DNA of 64,000 nt from Anaerolineae bacterium (GCA_041082215.1 JBDOIF010000093.1:69504-133503); one strand, 5' to 3'; shown: positions 10,433 through 22,482, counted from the first letter of the stretch. Numbers and translations are program-made. The notes: generated from the sequence alone by a model not told the origin.

Positions 10433-10921
10433 ATGCAGGTCCCACCGGAGAGCGTTCCTGCCGGTGAAGAGACGGTCTCAAGGGCCGAAGCTCGGGCCAG
10501 GCGAAGCCTGATCCTGGGGCTGGTGATCGCCGGCCTCCTGCTGGTGGGGATGATCGCCCTGCTGGTGATCCTGGCAATTGACGCCTATCGAGCAGCGCCG
10601 GAGCCCAGCCCCGGCGCAGTGGTGGTCTCCCTCCTGCGGGATGTCGCCATCGTGCTGGTGGCTTTCGAAACCCTGCTCATCGGCGCACTGGTGGTCGTCC
10701 TTACCCTCCAGGTCCAGGCCCTCATCGCCCTGCTACGCGATGAGATCCGGCCGATGCTGGAAGCCATCAACGAGACGGTGGCGACGGTGCGGGGGACAGC
10801 CCAGTTTATGAGCCACAACGTCGTTTCCCCGACCATCCGGGCGGCAGGCTTTCTCGCCGGGCTGAAGCAGGTCGCGAAGGAGATCGCCGAGTTGGGGAAA
10901 CCGCCCCGACGCGGCAAGTGA
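10433..10921 (+). CDS. Hypothetical membrane protein (2 TM plus coiled coil)
   Basis: GGAGG SD; hydrophobic helices; directly upstream of a YtxH-like gene. Confidence 0.8.
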   Translation: MQVPPESVPAGEETVSRAEARARRSLILGLVIAGLLLVGMIALLVILAIDAYRAAPEPSPGAVVVSLLRDVAIVLVAFETLLIGALVVVLTLQVQALIALLRDEIRPMLEAINETVATVRGTAQFMSHNVVSPTIRAAGFLAGLKQVAKEIAELGKPPRRGK

Positions 10922-10924
10922 GAG

Positions 10925-10959
10925 GCTGGTTGCTGGTTGCTGGTTGCTCGTTGCTGGTT
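10925..10959. repeat. 7-nt tandem repeat GCTGGTT x5
   Basis: gctggtt gctggtt gctggtt gctcgtt gctggtt. Confidence 0.85.
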
Positions 10960-10984
10960 ATTGGAGTGGGAAAGGAGTGGAGAG

Positions 10985-11386
10985 ATGGCGAAGGAGAACA
11001 ACGGCAGCGATGTTGGGTCCTTTCTCATTGGTTTTGTCGTCGGAGGGCTGGTGGGAGCGGCGGTGGCCCTCCTGTTCGCTCCCCAGTCCGGCGAGGAGAC
11101 CCGGACCCAGATTCGGAGCAAGGGCATCGAACTGAGGGAACAGGCGGAAGAAGAGATCGCCCGCGCTCGTGAGAAGGCCGAGAAGGCCCTGGATGAAGCG
11201 CGTGCCAAAGCGGAGGCCGTGGCTGCAGACATCCGGCGGCGGGCGGAGGAGCTGCAGACGCAGAGCCGCGTGATCCTGGAAGAGGGACGCAAGCAGCTTG
11301 CCACAGCCGTCGAGGAGACGAAAAAGGCGGCCGGGCAGGCCAAAACAGCGCCCGAGGGCGGGGCCCCAGCGACAACCAAAGCCTGA
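10985..11386 (+). CDS. YtxH-domain protein
   Basis: FLIGFVVGGLVGAAVALLFAPQSGEETR signature plus coiled coil. Confidence 0.85.
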   Translation: MAKENNGSDVGSFLIGFVVGGLVGAAVALLFAPQSGEETRTQIRSKGIELREQAEEEIARAREKAEKALDEARAKAEAVAADIRRRAEELQTQSRVILEEGRKQLATAVEETKKAAGQAKTAPEGGAPATTKA

Positions 11387-11592
11387 AGCAGCTCAGCCCA
11401 CAGGGTGCAGGGGCCAAACTCTGCCCCTCTCTCCTGCGGTCACCTCTCCGGAGTGAACGGCCTTTCCCCGCGCATTGCGGGCCGCGAATCCTGCAACGGG
11501 CGAATGGCACGAATGGAACGGACCTCCCGTCCTGTCCGTGCCATTCGCTCTATCTCTTTTTTGTCTCCTTTCGTCGCTTCGCGTCCACTCGT

Positions 11593-11621
11593 TTGCCCAC
11601 CCCGCCACTTTGTGGTAGAAT
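11593..11621 (+). promoter_or_regulatory. Promoter for the rpsB-tsf operon
   Basis: TTGCCC-17 nt-TAGAAT with TGTG extension. Confidence 0.7.
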
Positions 11622-11624
11622 AGC

Positions 11625-11745
11625 CCTGGGCAAAAGCCTAGAACACACGCCTCTGGACCGGTGGGGCCGTGCCGGGAATGCAGCCATACCGGCTCCCCAG
11701 CGGGACGAAAGGGGCGGAGGGAAAAAAACGGTATAAGGAGGTTTC
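11625..11745 (+). ncRNA. rpsB (S2) autoregulatory leader, t44-like
   Basis: ACACACGC...GCGGAGG framing a GC-rich stem, then an A-run and the SD, immediately 5' of rpsB. Confidence 0.6.
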
Positions 11746-11749
11746 CTCA

Positions 11750-12712
11750 ATGGCTGTCATTTCTATGAAGGCTCTCCTGGAGGCAGGGGTCCACTTCGGC
11801 CACCGTACCCACCGATGGAACCCCAAGATGCGCCCTTACATCTTCACCGAGCGCAACGGCGTCCACATCATTGACCTGCAGCAAACGCTGAGGGCCGTGG
11901 AAGATGCGTACGCGGTTGTACGGGATACCGTTGCCGAAGGGGGCACGGTCCTCTTCGTGGGCACCAAACGGCAGGCTCAGGAGACCATCGCTCAGGAAGC
12001 GCAGCGATGCGGCATGCCCTACGTCAACCTGCGATGGCTGGGTGGAACCCTGACCAACTGGCGGACGATCCGGCAGCGGATCGAACACCTGCTCGAAATG
12101 GAGGCGCGGCGGGACCGGGGGGAGTTTGAGCTGCTGACCAAGCGGGAAGCTCTGGGCCTCCACCGGCAAATTGAGAAGCTAAACCAGCGATTGGGCGGCA
12201 TCAAGAATATGAACCGGCTGCCCGACCTGCTCTACGTGATTGACGTCCATCGGGAAGCGACGGCGGTCAAAGAGGCTAACGCCCTGAAGATCCCGGTCAT
12301 CGGGGTGGTGGATACCAACTGCGACCCGGAGCCGGTTGACTACGTGATCCCGGCCAACGACGACGCCATCCGCGCCATCCGGCTGATCACCGGCCTGATG
12401 GCCGACGCCGCCCTGGAGGGGATCGCGCTCCGCAAGGAGTACGGGCTTGAATTTGAAGAAGAGGCCGTAGCCGTTGAGGATGAAAAGTATCTCAGCCCGG
12501 ACACGCTGGCCCGCCTGAAGAGGCTCCGCTTCGAGGAAGAAGATGAGGAAGAAGAATTGCTTCCCACAACAGCCAGGTCCCGAAGGGAAGAAGAGCCTCG
12601 AGCTATGGCTGAAGAGTTTGAGGAAGAGGAAGCCCTCGAAGAGGAGTGGGAAGAAGAGTGGGAAGAGGAGTGGGAAGAAGAAGAGTGGGACGATTTAGCG
12701 GAAGAGGAGTAG
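11750..12712 (+). CDS. rpsB: 30S ribosomal protein S2 with acidic C-terminal extension
   Basis: [46 protein letters not shown]. Confidence 0.97.
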   Translation: MAVISMKALLEAGVHFGHRTHRWNPKMRPYIFTERNGVHIIDLQQTLRAVEDAYAVVRDTVAEGGTVLFVGTKRQAQETIAQEAQRCGMPYVNLRWLGGTLTNWRTIRQRIEHLLEMEARRDRGEFELLTKREALGLHRQIEKLNQRLGGIKNMNRLPDLLYVIDVHREATAVKEANALKIPVIGVVDTNCDPEPVDYVIPANDDAIRAIRLITGLMADAALEGIALRKEYGLEFEEEAVAVEDEKYLSPDTLARLKRLRFEEEDEEEELLPTTARSRREEEPRAMAEEFEEEEALEEEWEEEWEEEWEEEEWDDLAEEE

Positions 12713-12759
12713 CAGCAGCCCGCTGCCACTGAGCAACGAAACCAACGAGGAGGCATTCG

Positions 12760-13362
12760 TTGAAAGTCACAACCGAAATGGTAAAGGAACTTCGCCAGGC
12801 TACCGGAGCTGGCGTTCTGGATTGCCGCAAGGCGCTTGAGGAAAAGGACGGAGATTTCGACGCCGCCGTGGCCTACCTGCGGGAAAAGGGGCTGGCAGAG
12901 GCGGCCAAGAAGGCGGACCGGGAGGCCTCCGAAGGGGTCGTGGAGGTCTATGCCCACCCCGGCAACCGGGTCGGGGTGATGCTGGAGCTGAACTGCGAGA
13001 CGGACTTTGTGGCCCGCACCGGGGAGTTCCGGGCCCTGGCCCACGACCTGGCGCTCCATATTGCCTTCGCCGCCCCCCGCTATATCTCCAGGGACCAGGT
13101 CCCGCCGGAGGTGCTGGAGGAAGAGCGGCGGATTTACCGGGTCCAGGCCCTGGAAGAAGGAAAGCCTCCACAGATTGTGGACCGGATCGTCGAGGGGAAG
13201 CTGGAAAAGTTCTATAAGACGGTCTGCCTCCTGGAACAGGCCTTCGTCAAAGACGAGGAGCGGACGGTCGAAGACGTGCTGAAGGACCACACTGCCCGAC
13301 TGGGCGAAAATATCATAATCCGACGCTTCGCCCGCTACGAGCTGGGAGAGGCGCTCCAGTAG
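12760..13362 (+). CDS. tsf: Elongation factor Ts (short form, TTG start)
   Basis: VKELRQATGAG, LNCETDFVAR; GAGGAGG SD. Confidence 0.95.
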   Translation: MKVTTEMVKELRQATGAGVLDCRKALEEKDGDFDAAVAYLREKGLAEAAKKADREASEGVVEVYAHPGNRVGVMLELNCETDFVARTGEFRALAHDLALHIAFAAPRYISRDQVPPEVLEEERRIYRVQALEEGKPPQIVDRIVEGKLEKFYKTVCLLEQAFVKDEERTVEDVLKDHTARLGENIIIRRFARYELGEALQ

Positions 13363-14088
<726 letters not shown>

Positions 14089-14155
14089 CGTTCGTTCGCT
14101 GCGTGTCATCTATATCCACCCTTCCTCTGCCCCTCCAAAAGGACGGCGACCGAGG

Positions 14156-14713
14156 ATGATCAAGGAGATCCTGCTGGAAACGGAAGATCGGATGAAGAAG
14201 ACCCGCCAGGTGCTGGAAAGCGACCTGCGGGTAATCCGCACCGGCCGCGCCAGCCCCGCCCTTGTAGAGAAGGTGCTGGTGGACTACTACGGCACCCCCA
14301 CCCCTCTCAACCAGCTCGCCGTCATCAGCGCGCCGGAGCCGCAGTTGCTCACCATCCGTCCCTACGACCCTTCCTCCCTTCCCGACATCGAGCGGGCGAT
14401 CCTGAAATCCGATCTGGGGCTTACCCCCTCCAACGACGGAAAGATTATCCGCCTGGTCATCCCCAGCCTCACCGAGGAGCGACGTATGGAGCTGGTCCGT
14501 CTGGTCAACCGGCGGGTGGAAGAGGCAAAAGTCGCCCTGCGAAACGTCCGCCGGGAGGCGCTGGATGACCTGAGGGAGTTCCAAAAAGAGGGCCTGATCT
14601 CCGAGGACGAATTCTTCCGGGCCCGCGACGACCTGCAGGAGCTCACCGACCGGTATATCGGCGAGCTGGATGAGGTCGGAAAGCGTAAGGCCCAGGAGGT
14701 GATGGAGGTCTAA
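14156..14713 (+). CDS. frr: Ribosome recycling factor
   Basis: IRTGRASP, YYGTPTPLNQLA, LTEERR, LRNVRR. Confidence 0.97.
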   Translation: MIKEILLETEDRMKKTRQVLESDLRVIRTGRASPALVEKVLVDYYGTPTPLNQLAVISAPEPQLLTIRPYDPSSLPDIERAILKSDLGLTPSNDGKIIRLVIPSLTEERRMELVRLVNRRVEEAKVALRNVRREALDDLREFQKEGLISEDEFFRARDDLQELTDRYIGELDEVGKRKAQEVMEV

Positions 14714-14758
14714 AGGCCTCCGACCTCTCCCTCCCACCTACCCACCGAAAGAACGGGC

Positions 14759-15493
14759 ATGGTTTCTGAACAAAAAGAAGGGAAAACCTATCCCCCACTG
14801 GAGCGTATCCCGGTCCACGTCGGTATTATCATGGACGGCAACGGTCGCTGGGCCCAGGCCCGGGGCCTGCCCCGCCTGGCCGGCCACCGGGCGGGGACCG
14901 AAAACCTGCGCCGTGTGCTGCGGGCAACGGTCGAGTTCGGCATCCGTATCCTCACCATCTACGCCTTCTCCACCGAGAACTGGGGCCGCCCCGAAGACGA
15001 GGTCCACGGACTGCTGGACCTGATGGAACGGATGATAGACCGGGAGCTGCCCGAACTGCACAGGGAAGGGGTGCAGATCCGCCACGTTGGCCGACTGGAA
15101 CGGGTGCCGGAGCGCCTGACCCGGAAGATCCAGCAGGCACTGGAGCTGACCAAAGAGAACGACCGGCTGATCCTGAACGTCGCTTTCAACTACGGCGGCC
15201 GGGCAGAGATCGTGGATGCCGTCCGACGCATTATCCGGGACGGGGTACCCCCCGAAGCGGTGGACGAAGCGTTGATCTCCCGCTACCTTTACACCGCCGG
15301 CCTGCCCGACCCCGATCTGATCATCCGCACCAGCGGGGAGCAACGGGTCAGCAACTTTCTGATCTGGCAGGGGGCCTACGCCGAGTACTACATCACCCCC
15401 ACCTACTGGCCGGATTTCGATAAAGACGAACTGTACAAAGCCCTGGTGGCCTTCAACCAGCGCGACCGGCGCTTCGGCCTGGTGCCCGGATAG
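14759..15493 (+). CDS. uppS: Undecaprenyl diphosphate synthase
   Basis: [41 protein letters not shown]. Confidence 0.97.
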   Translation: MVSEQKEGKTYPPLERIPVHVGIIMDGNGRWAQARGLPRLAGHRAGTENLRRVLRATVEFGIRILTIYAFSTENWGRPEDEVHGLLDLMERMIDRELPELHREGVQIRHVGRLERVPERLTRKIQQALELTKENDRLILNVAFNYGGRAEIVDAVRRIIRDGVPPEAVDEALISRYLYTAGLPDPDLIIRTSGEQRVSNFLIWQGAYAEYYITPTYWPDFDKDELYKALVAFNQRDRRFGLVPG

Positions 15494-15528
15494 CCGAAAC
15501 AACCCGATCCCAGACCGCGTTAAAGACT

Positions 15529-16338
15529 GTGTTCCGCACTCGCCTTCTGACCGCCATCTTCCTGGTGCCCCTGGTCGTTGCCCTGATCAGCCTCGGGGGG
15601 CTGTGGCTCTTCGCCCTGGTCGCCGCCGTGCTGACGGTCGCCGTCATCGAGTTCTGTAACCTGATGGCGCGGGACCGGTTCCGGCCAGCCCCGGCCTTCG
15701 CCGTCGGCCTGCTGTGGGTGCTGCTGCTGGATGCCCAATACCCTCAGTGGAGGCTTCTGGGGCCCGGCATGAGCCTTGCCCTGATGGCCTCGCTCTCCTG
15801 GCAGATGGCCCACAGGGAAGACAGCCCGGTGGCGAGCTGGGCCCTGAGCATGGCTGGCCCCCTCTACGTAGGCTGGCTCGGAGGCCACATCCTGCGCCTG
15901 CGCAGCCTGCCCGAAGGGCTGTGGTGGGTGATGACCGCCCTGCCGGCGATCTGGCTGGCCGACAGCGGTGCCTATCTCGTCGGCCGGGCCTGGGGACGGC
16001 ATAAACTGGCCCCCCGCCTGAGCCCCGGCAAGACCTGGGAAGGGTACATCGGCGGGATCGCCATCAGTTCGCTGACGACCACCGGCCTGGCAGCGCTCTG
16101 GCATATGCGGGCCGGTCCGACCGGCCCCACCCCCGCCGACGGACTGGCCCTGGGCCTGCTGGTGGGGACGGCCGCTCCCCTGGGCGACCTGATCGTCTCG
16201 ATGTTCAAGCGGCAGGTGGGGGTCAAAGATACCGGCGTTCTCTTCCCTGGCCACGGAGGGGCGCTGGACCGGATAGACAGCATCCTGTGGGCCGCGACGA
16301 TCGGCTACTATTTCGCCCTCTGGCTGCACAATCTGTAA
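15529..16338 (+). CDS. cdsA: Phosphatidate cytidylyltransferase
   Basis: DSGAYLVG, SPGKTWEG, GDLIVSMFKR, KDTG...PGHGGALDRIDS. Confidence 0.95.
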   Translation: MFRTRLLTAIFLVPLVVALISLGGLWLFALVAAVLTVAVIEFCNLMARDRFRPAPAFAVGLLWVLLLDAQYPQWRLLGPGMSLALMASLSWQMAHREDSPVASWALSMAGPLYVGWLGGHILRLRSLPEGLWWVMTALPAIWLADSGAYLVGRAWGRHKLAPRLSPGKTWEGYIGGIAISSLTTTGLAALWHMRAGPTGPTPADGLALGLLVGTAAPLGDLIVSMFKRQVGVKDTGVLFPGHGGALDRIDSILWAATIGYYFALWLHNL

Positions 16339-16455
16339 CCCAACCCCACCTCTTCCTCCAGAGATTGCTGAAAATGTCGAGGCGAGACGATAAACCGCCA
16401 GAGCACAAAGGCACGAAGTACACCATAAACCCTGTTCAGGGACGGAGGGATCTCT

Positions 16456-16860
16456 ATGGGCGAGCGACGAGTCCGCGACATCTACCATAAAGGGGTCATC
16501 TTCTGCAAGCCCGACACCCCGCTGCAGGAGGTGGTAAGGGTGATGGCCGATACGGACATCCACGCCATCATTGTTGCGGAGAAGGAAGGGGAAAGGCCCC
16601 TGGGCGTGGTCTCCCACACCGATGCCATCGCCCACTACGGGGAGGACCTTTCCAGAATCCCGGCCTCAGAGGTGATGACCCGCCAGGTCATCACCATCTC
16701 CCAGGACGCGCCGGTGGCTGAGGCAGCGAAGAAGATGCTGGAAAGCCGCATCCACCGGCTTCTGGTAGTGGACGAGAACCACACCCCCCTGGGCATCCTC
16801 TCCACCACCGACATCATCCGGGATATGCGCGGGTCGAAATGGGTGTGGTATATGGGCTAA
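16456..16860 (+). CDS. Stand-alone CBS-pair protein
   Basis: Two CBS motifs (PLGVVSHTD, IHRLLVVD...LGILSTTDI). Confidence 0.88.
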   Translation: MGERRVRDIYHKGVIFCKPDTPLQEVVRVMADTDIHAIIVAEKEGERPLGVVSHTDAIAHYGEDLSRIPASEVMTRQVITISQDAPVAEAAKKMLESRIHRLLVVDENHTPLGILSTTDIIRDMRGSKWVWYMG

Positions 16861-16875
16861 CGTGAAAGGGGGGCG

Positions 16876-17910
16876 ATGGATCAGGAAATCATAACCATCG
16901 AGCGGCATATCATCGAACAGCAACGGACCCACCCGGAGGCCACGGGGGTCTTCTCCAACCTGCTCTATGACATCGCCCTGGCAGCGAAGATCATCGCCCG
17001 CGAGACCAGACGGGCCGGCCTGGTGGAGATCCTGGGGCTGGCAGGCAGGACGAACGTCCAGGGCGAAGCACAGATGAAGCTGGACGTGTTCGCCAACCAG
17101 ACCCTGATCCGGATGAATTCCTACACGGGCCGGCTGGCTTTGATGGCCTCAGAAGAAGAGTCGGATATCATCCCGATCCCGTCTGGGTATACGGTCGGCC
17201 GCTACGTCCTGGTCTTCGACCCCCTGGACGGTTCCTCCAACATTGACACCAACGCCAGCATCGGCACCATCTTCGGCATCTACCGTCGGATCTCCCACAG
17301 CGGGCCGGGGACTGTGGAGGATTGCCTCCAGCCGGGGCGAGCGCTCGCGGCAGCCGGATATGTCATCTACGGATCCAGCACCATGCTGGTCTACACGACC
17401 GGCAACGGGGTCCACGGCTTCACCCTCGACCCGGGCGTGGGGGAGTTCCTGCTCTCCCATCCCAACATCCGCATCCCCCAGCAATCCAAATACTTCAGCG
17501 CCAACTACGGAAACGAGCGGTACTGGAGCGAGGGAGTGCGCCGTTTCACCCGCTGGCTACAGGGGATGGACGAGGAGGAGCCGAGAAAACCGCTTTCCGC
17601 CCGCTACATCGGCTCCCTGGTGGCCGATTTCCACCGCAACCTGCTGGAGGGAGGGGTCTTCTACTACCCCCTGGATTATAAAGACCCCCACAAGCCCCAG
17701 GGGAAGCTCCGTCTCCTCTACGAGGCAGCCCCGCTGGCCTTCATCGCCCATCAGGCAGGGGGATACGCCTCCGACGGACAGAAGCCCATCCTGGACATCA
17801 TCCCCCAAACCCTCCACCAGCGAACCCCTCTGTTCATCGGGAACCGGGACCTGGTGGAAAAGGCGGAGGCCTTTATCGCCCGTTATGACCTTGTGGATCG
17901 AGGGAACTGA
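16876..17910 (+). CDS. fbp: Fructose-1,6-bisphosphatase class 1
   Basis: [47 protein letters not shown]. Confidence 0.96.
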   Translation: MDQEIITIERHIIEQQRTHPEATGVFSNLLYDIALAAKIIARETRRAGLVEILGLAGRTNVQGEAQMKLDVFANQTLIRMNSYTGRLALMASEEESDIIPIPSGYTVGRYVLVFDPLDGSSNIDTNASIGTIFGIYRRISHSGPGTVEDCLQPGRALAAAGYVIYGSSTMLVYTTGNGVHGFTLDPGVGEFLLSHPNIRIPQQSKYFSANYGNERYWSEGVRRFTRWLQGMDEEEPRKPLSARYIGSLVADFHRNLLEGGVFYYPLDYKDPHKPQGKLRLLYEAAPLAFIAHQAGGYASDGQKPILDIIPQTLHQRTPLFIGNRDLVEKAEAFIARYDLVDRGN

Positions 17911-17925
17911 ATTGAAGGAGGAGAG

Positions 17926-19242
17926 GTGGAAGGGAGAGAAGACGTGGAAGCTGTAGTCGAAATGGATATCGCCGCCCTGGAGGCGAAAACGCTCAGCGAG
18001 CTGCGGGAAATGGCCCGGGAGATGGAGATCTCCGGCTTCAGCCGCCTGAAGAAAGAGGACCTGATCCTCCGTCTCCTGCGGGCCAAGGCGGAACGGGAGG
18101 GCTTCATCTTCGGCGGCGGTGTGCTCGACATCGTGGACGAGAACCTGGGCTTTCTCCGCACCCAGAACTACCTGCCCGGACCGGACGACATCTACGTCTC
18201 CCAATCCCAAATCCGGCGCTTCGGCCTCCGGACCGGGGACATGGTGATCGGTCAGGTGCGCCCCCCCAAGGAGAGCGAGCGATATTTCGGCCTTCTGCGG
18301 GTCGAGGCGGTCAACGGCATGGACCCGGAGCAGGCCAAGCAACGGCCCTGGTTCAACCGACTGACGCCGATCTTCCCCGACCGGCGGCTGGTCCTGGAGA
18401 CCGACCCCCGCAACCTGACCACTCGCCTCCTCAGCCTGGTCGCCCCCATCGGCAAAGGGCAGCGCGGCCTGATCGTCTCCCCGCCCAAGGCCGGCAAGAC
18501 GACCGTCCTCAAGCAGATCGCCAACGGGATCACCGCCAACCACCCGGAGGTCCACCTGATGGTCGTCCTCATCGGCGAACGGCCGGAGGAGGTGACCGAT
18601 ATGGACCGTTCGGTCGAGGCAGAGGTGATCAGCTCGACGTTCGACGAGCCGGTCCAGAACCACACCAAGGCGGCTGAGATGGCGCTGGAACGGGCCAAAC
18701 GGCTGGTGGAATGCGGGCGGGATGTGGTCATCCTGCTGGATAGCATCACCCGCCTGGCCCGAGCCTACAACCTGGTGGTGCAACCCAGCGGTCGGACCCT
18801 CTCCGGCGGCCTGGACCCGGCGGCCCTCTACCCGCCCAAGAACTTCTTCGGCGCCGCCCGGAACCTGGAAGAGGGAGGCAGCCTCACCATCATCGCCACC
18901 TGCCTGGTGGATACCGGCAGCCGGATGGACGACATGATCTACGAGGAATTCAAGGGGACCGGCAACATGGAGCTCCATCTGAGCCGCCGGCTGCAGGAAC
19001 GCCGGATCTTCCCCGCCTTCGACATCGAGCGATCGGGGACCCGCCGGGAGGAGCTGTTGCTGGACGAGGATACGCTCCAGAAGGTGTGGCTGATGCGCCG
19101 GATGTTCTCCCAGATGGTCGCTCCGCCGCCTTCAGGGGCCGGATACGACATTGTGACGGCCACGGAGGCGCTGCTGCAACGGCTGCGGCGGACCAAGAAC
19201 AACAAGGAGTTTCTGGACGCGCTCTACGAGGACGCCCATTAA
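17926..19242 (+). CDS. rho: Transcription termination factor Rho
   Basis: [49 protein letters not shown]; alternative start 17962. Confidence 0.97.
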   Translation: MEGREDVEAVVEMDIAALEAKTLSELREMAREMEISGFSRLKKEDLILRLLRAKAEREGFIFGGGVLDIVDENLGFLRTQNYLPGPDDIYVSQSQIRRFGLRTGDMVIGQVRPPKESERYFGLLRVEAVNGMDPEQAKQRPWFNRLTPIFPDRRLVLETDPRNLTTRLLSLVAPIGKGQRGLIVSPPKAGKTTVLKQIANGITANHPEVHLMVVLIGERPEEVTDMDRSVEAEVISSTFDEPVQNHTKAAEMALERAKRLVECGRDVVILLDSITRLARAYNLVVQPSGRTLSGGLDPAALYPPKNFFGAARNLEEGGSLTIIATCLVDTGSRMDDMIYEEFKGTGNMELHLSRRLQERRIFPAFDIERSGTRREELLLDEDTLQKVWLMRRMFSQMVAPPPSGAGYDIVTATEALLQRLRRTKNNKEFLDALYEDAH

Positions 19243-19997
19243 CCCCTGCCCTTGACCATTCTCCCCAGGCGTCGGTATTTGACCCCTTCGTAGTAGGCCA
19301 TCAGCAGGCTCAGCCGGAGCCCGTGCAGGCCGTCCCGTATCCCCCGCAGGGTGACAAATCGCCACCAGAAATGGCGTAACGCCTGGGAGCAGGGGGTGTA
19401 GAAGCGGGGACGGACCCCCTGCTCCAGCAGGATGCGGGCGTCGTAGTCGGTGTACCGCTCCTGCCGGGCAATGAAGTCGGCCAGGTCGGTGTAGTTGTAG
19501 TGAATGAGGGGATGCTCCAGATACCCCTCCGGCCCGTCCACCACAGCGACCTCGTGGACCGGCCGTTCCCACCGGGCACAGCCCTGCCGGACGAGGCGGA
19601 GCTGGTAGTCCGGGTACCAGCCAGCCCCCCAGGTGAGCCGCCCGAAGATGTAATTGTGGCGGGGAACCCACCAGGCCACCTCCGGCCGGTCTCCCCCCGT
19701 CACCGCCCGCACCTCCTCCGCCAGCTCCGGCGTCACCCGTTCGTCGGCATCTACGAAGAAGATCCACGCCGCATCCACCCGATCGAGTGCAGCGTTCCGC
19801 TGCTGGGCGTAGTTCTCGAAGGGGTGCTGGATCACCTCCGCCCCAGCCTGCCGGGCCAGCTCCACGGTCCGGTCGGTGCTGAAGGAATCGAAGACCACCC
19901 GCCGGTCCGCCCAGGCCAGGCTCGCCAGGCAGTCCTCGATGTTCCGCTCCTCGTCGCGGGTGAGGACCACAGCAGCAATCTGAGATCGCGCACTCAT
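19239..19997 (-). CDS. Glycosyltransferase family 2 (beta-1,4-glucosyltransferase-like)
   Basis: VLTRDEE, DSFSTDRT, QRN, VDADE, WYPDYQLRL, VHE. Confidence 0.9.
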   Translation of the reverse strand: MSARSQIAAVVLTRDEERNIEDCLASLAWADRRVVFDSFSTDRTVELARQAGAEVIQHPFENYAQQRNAALDRVDAAWIFFVDADERVTPELAEEVRAVTGGDRPEVAWWVPRHNYIFGRLTWGAGWYPDYQLRLVRQGCARWERPVHEVAVVDGPEGYLEHPLIHYNYTDLADFIARQERYTDYDARILLEQGVRPRFYTPCSQALRHFWWRFVTLRGIRDGLHGLRLSLLMAYYEGVKYRRLGRMVKGRG

Positions 19998-20016
19998 ACC
20001 ACAGGCCCCCGGTTCT

Positions 20017-20940
20017 TCAGATTTCCCTCCAGGCCTGGAGGATCTCCTGGCAGGCAGCGACGACTTCGGGGGATGCCCCCTGCTTCTTCCGCCCGATCCC
20101 TGCACGCACCAGTATCCGCGCCAATCGGCGGACCGGCAGCCCATGGTGACGGCTATACAGCCGTGCCCGGCTGGTCCAAAGGTTGATAAATGAGGAGATC
20201 GGCACCTGACCGGTGGAACGACCGGCATGGTGGATCACCTGTGCCGTGGGGACACAGAGCGCCTGCCACCCGGCCCTCCGCATCCGCCAGCACCAGTCTA
20301 TCTCCTCGCAGTACATCCGGTATCCTTCGTCCATCAGCCCCACCTGCCAGACCGCCTCCGCCCGTACCATCATAGCCGCCCCCAGAGGATGGTCCACCGG
20401 GAAGGGCGCCGTCCCCTCGTAGAGCCGACGGGGGTAGCGGCCGTTGAGGGGGGTGTCGTAGAGGCGGGCAGGCAGGGGAAAGAGGTCGAAGGCCAGTTGC
20501 AGGAGGCCTGGAAAGCGGAAGGCGGAATGCTGAAGGGTTCCGTCCGGGTAGAGAAGCTTGGCGCCGACCACACCGACCTCCGGTTGGGATTCCAGCGCCT
20601 CAACCAGCGCCGCCGTCGCGCCGGGAAGAACCTCTGTGTCGGGATTCAGAAGCCAGAAGGATTGCGGGTTGCGTATTGCGTGTTCCGTACTTTGGAGGAT
20701 GGACTTCAGGGCGAGGTTGTTCCCGGCGGCGAAGCCGAGATTCTCCCGGCTGGCGATGAGGCACACTTCGGGAAAGTCGCGGGCCACCATCTCCGGCGTG
20801 CCGTCGGCCGATGCGTTGTCCACCACCCAGACCCCGGCCCCTCGCCCCCATCGCTCCAGATCGGCAAAGAGGGACCGCAGGCAAGCGCCCAGCAGGTCCC
20901 TCACATTCCAGCTCACGATCACGACCGCCAGTTCGGCCAT
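20017..20940 (-). CDS. Glycosyltransferase family 2 (WbbL/rhamnosyltransferase-like)
   Basis: VIVSWN, VVDNASADG, NLGFAAGNN, LLNPDT, YCEEIDW. Confidence 0.9.
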   Translation of the reverse strand: MAELAVVIVSWNVRDLLGACLRSLFADLERWGRGAGVWVVDNASADGTPEMVARDFPEVCLIASRENLGFAAGNNLALKSILQSTEHAIRNPQSFWLLNPDTEVLPGATAALVEALESQPEVGVVGAKLLYPDGTLQHSAFRFPGLLQLAFDLFPLPARLYDTPLNGRYPRRLYEGTAPFPVDHPLGAAMMVRAEAVWQVGLMDEGYRMYCEEIDWCWRMRRAGWQALCVPTAQVIHHAGRSTGQVPISSFINLWTSRARLYSRHHGLPVRRLARILVRAGIGRKKQGASPEVVAACQEILQAWREI

Positions 20941-20962
20941 CCGCTTCCTGCGTCTGTGGTTC

Positions 20963-22480
20963 CTACACAAACCGTTGCCGGATCTCCGCGCTGACGTAGT
21001 CCAGGATCGCCACGGTGATGGCGATGAACCAGACCGCGATCCCCGCCGCCCGATAGTTCAGCAGCTTGATGTACTGGATCAGCACGAAGCCGATGCCGCC
21101 GCCGCCCACCAGGCCGATGACGGTGGACATGCGCACATTGATGTCCCAGCGGTAGATGGAGAAGGAGACGAAGGGGGGGATCATCTGAGGGACCACGGCG
21201 TAGGCAATGGTCTGGAGGCGGTTGGCTCCGGTGGCCTCGATCGCTTCGATGGGGCCGGGGTCTATGCTCTCAATGGCCTCTGAATACAGCTTGCCCAGCG
21301 CCGCGATGGAGTGGACCGTCAGTGCGAGGATGCCCGCAAAGGGGCCCAGCCCCACGACGACGACGGCGATGATAGCCCAGATCAGCGGCTCGATGGAGCG
21401 GACGATATTGAGGATGGTGCGGGTGAGGTAGTAGAGGCCCATCGTGAACCAGGAGCCGGCCATCAGATTACGGGCAGCCAGGAAACTGACCGGGATCGAG
21501 AAGACGATCCCGAAGACGGTGGCCATCATCCCCAGGAAGATGGTCTCGACCATACGGGCGATGCTGATGCGCAGCGGCTCGCTGGGATGGGCCGGACCGA
21601 CGCTCGCCAGCTGTCGGGCCTCCACCCGGTGGATCTGCCGTCCCGCCGCGCTGGGAGGGATGAGGCGGTAAGGCATGACCAGCTGGATCTCGAACTTCCC
21701 TTCGTCGTCGGTCTCAAAGACCACATACTGCCCGCCCTGCCGGACGACAAACTCATTGCCCAACGGATCCACCCACCAGATCCGGGTCTCGGTGTTCGGA
21801 GCAAAACCCCGCCCCACGAGCGTGAGCGTGGTCCCAGGGACAATCTGATTGTCCTCACCCAGATAGGAAAGCTCCCCACAGGTAGGGGTGGCTACCAGGT
21901 AGGGCTGCCCGGGAACCTCCTCCGGCGGCGGAGGGGGATTGTCGTCACAGGGGACCAGGATGTCGGCCCCGGCGCCGATCATCCCTTCTTCCCGCTCAAT
22001 GGCCGCCGGCCACGGCCAGAGGACCTGGGAAAGGGGCCGCCAGGCATCCGGAAGTTCTGTGACCAGCTTGTACAGGTCGATCTCGCCGATCTGCCAGCCC
22101 AGGGTAAAGAAGAGAACGATGACCAGGACAAAGACACCGGCTCCGCCCTGTCGTCCCGGCCGGGCCTGCCGGTAGCCGTCCCACGCTGTCCAGAGCCAGA
22201 GGGCCAGCACGCCGAGCAGCATCGGGACCACAAAGAGGGGCCGCCGCTGGGCGGCCTTGGAGACCATCGCAAGGGGACCTCGCTCCAGATGGGCCAGGTC
22301 GTAGATCCGCCAGGCCAGCAACCCCACAATGCTGAAGAACGAACCGAGCAGGAGCAGGCCGCGCCGCATCTCCCGCGCCAGGACCTGACCCAGGCCGGGC
22401 AGGATGAGGGAAGCCAGCCCGGCAACGGGAGCGGGGACCAGGCTCGGTCGGGCCTCTCTTCGAACCGTCCGCGTCGCCAT
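20963..22480 (-). CDS. phnE: Phosphonate/phosphite ABC permease with extended N-terminus
   Basis: C-terminal RSIEPL, LGKLYSEAIE, GPIEAIEATGA, YRWDINVR, GLVGGGGIG. Confidence 0.9.
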   Translation of the reverse strand: MATRTVRREARPSLVPAPVAGLASLILPGLGQVLAREMRRGLLLLGSFFSIVGLLAWRIYDLAHLERGPLAMVSKAAQRRPLFVVPMLLGVLALWLWTAWDGYRQARPGRQGGAGVFVLVIVLFFTLGWQIGEIDLYKLVTELPDAWRPLSQVLWPWPAAIEREEGMIGAGADILVPCDDNPPPPPEEVPGQPYLVATPTCGELSYLGEDNQIVPGTTLTLVGRGFAPNTETRIWWVDPLGNEFVVRQGGQYVVFETDDEGKFEIQLVMPYRLIPPSAAGRQIHRVEARQLASVGPAHPSEPLRISIARMVETIFLGMMATVFGIVFSIPVSFLAARNLMAGSWFTMGLYYLTRTILNIVRSIEPLIWAIIAVVVVGLGPFAGILALTVHSIAALGKLYSEAIESIDPGPIEAIEATGANRLQTIAYAVVPQMIPPFVSFSIYRWDINVRMSTVIGLVGGGGIGFVLIQYIKLLNYRAAGIAVWFIAITVAILDYVSAEIRQRFV

Positions 22481-22482
22481 CG

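Noticed and set aside
12760..13362. Truncated tsf
   Set aside because: Short EF-Ts forms of about 200 aa are normal in several phyla.
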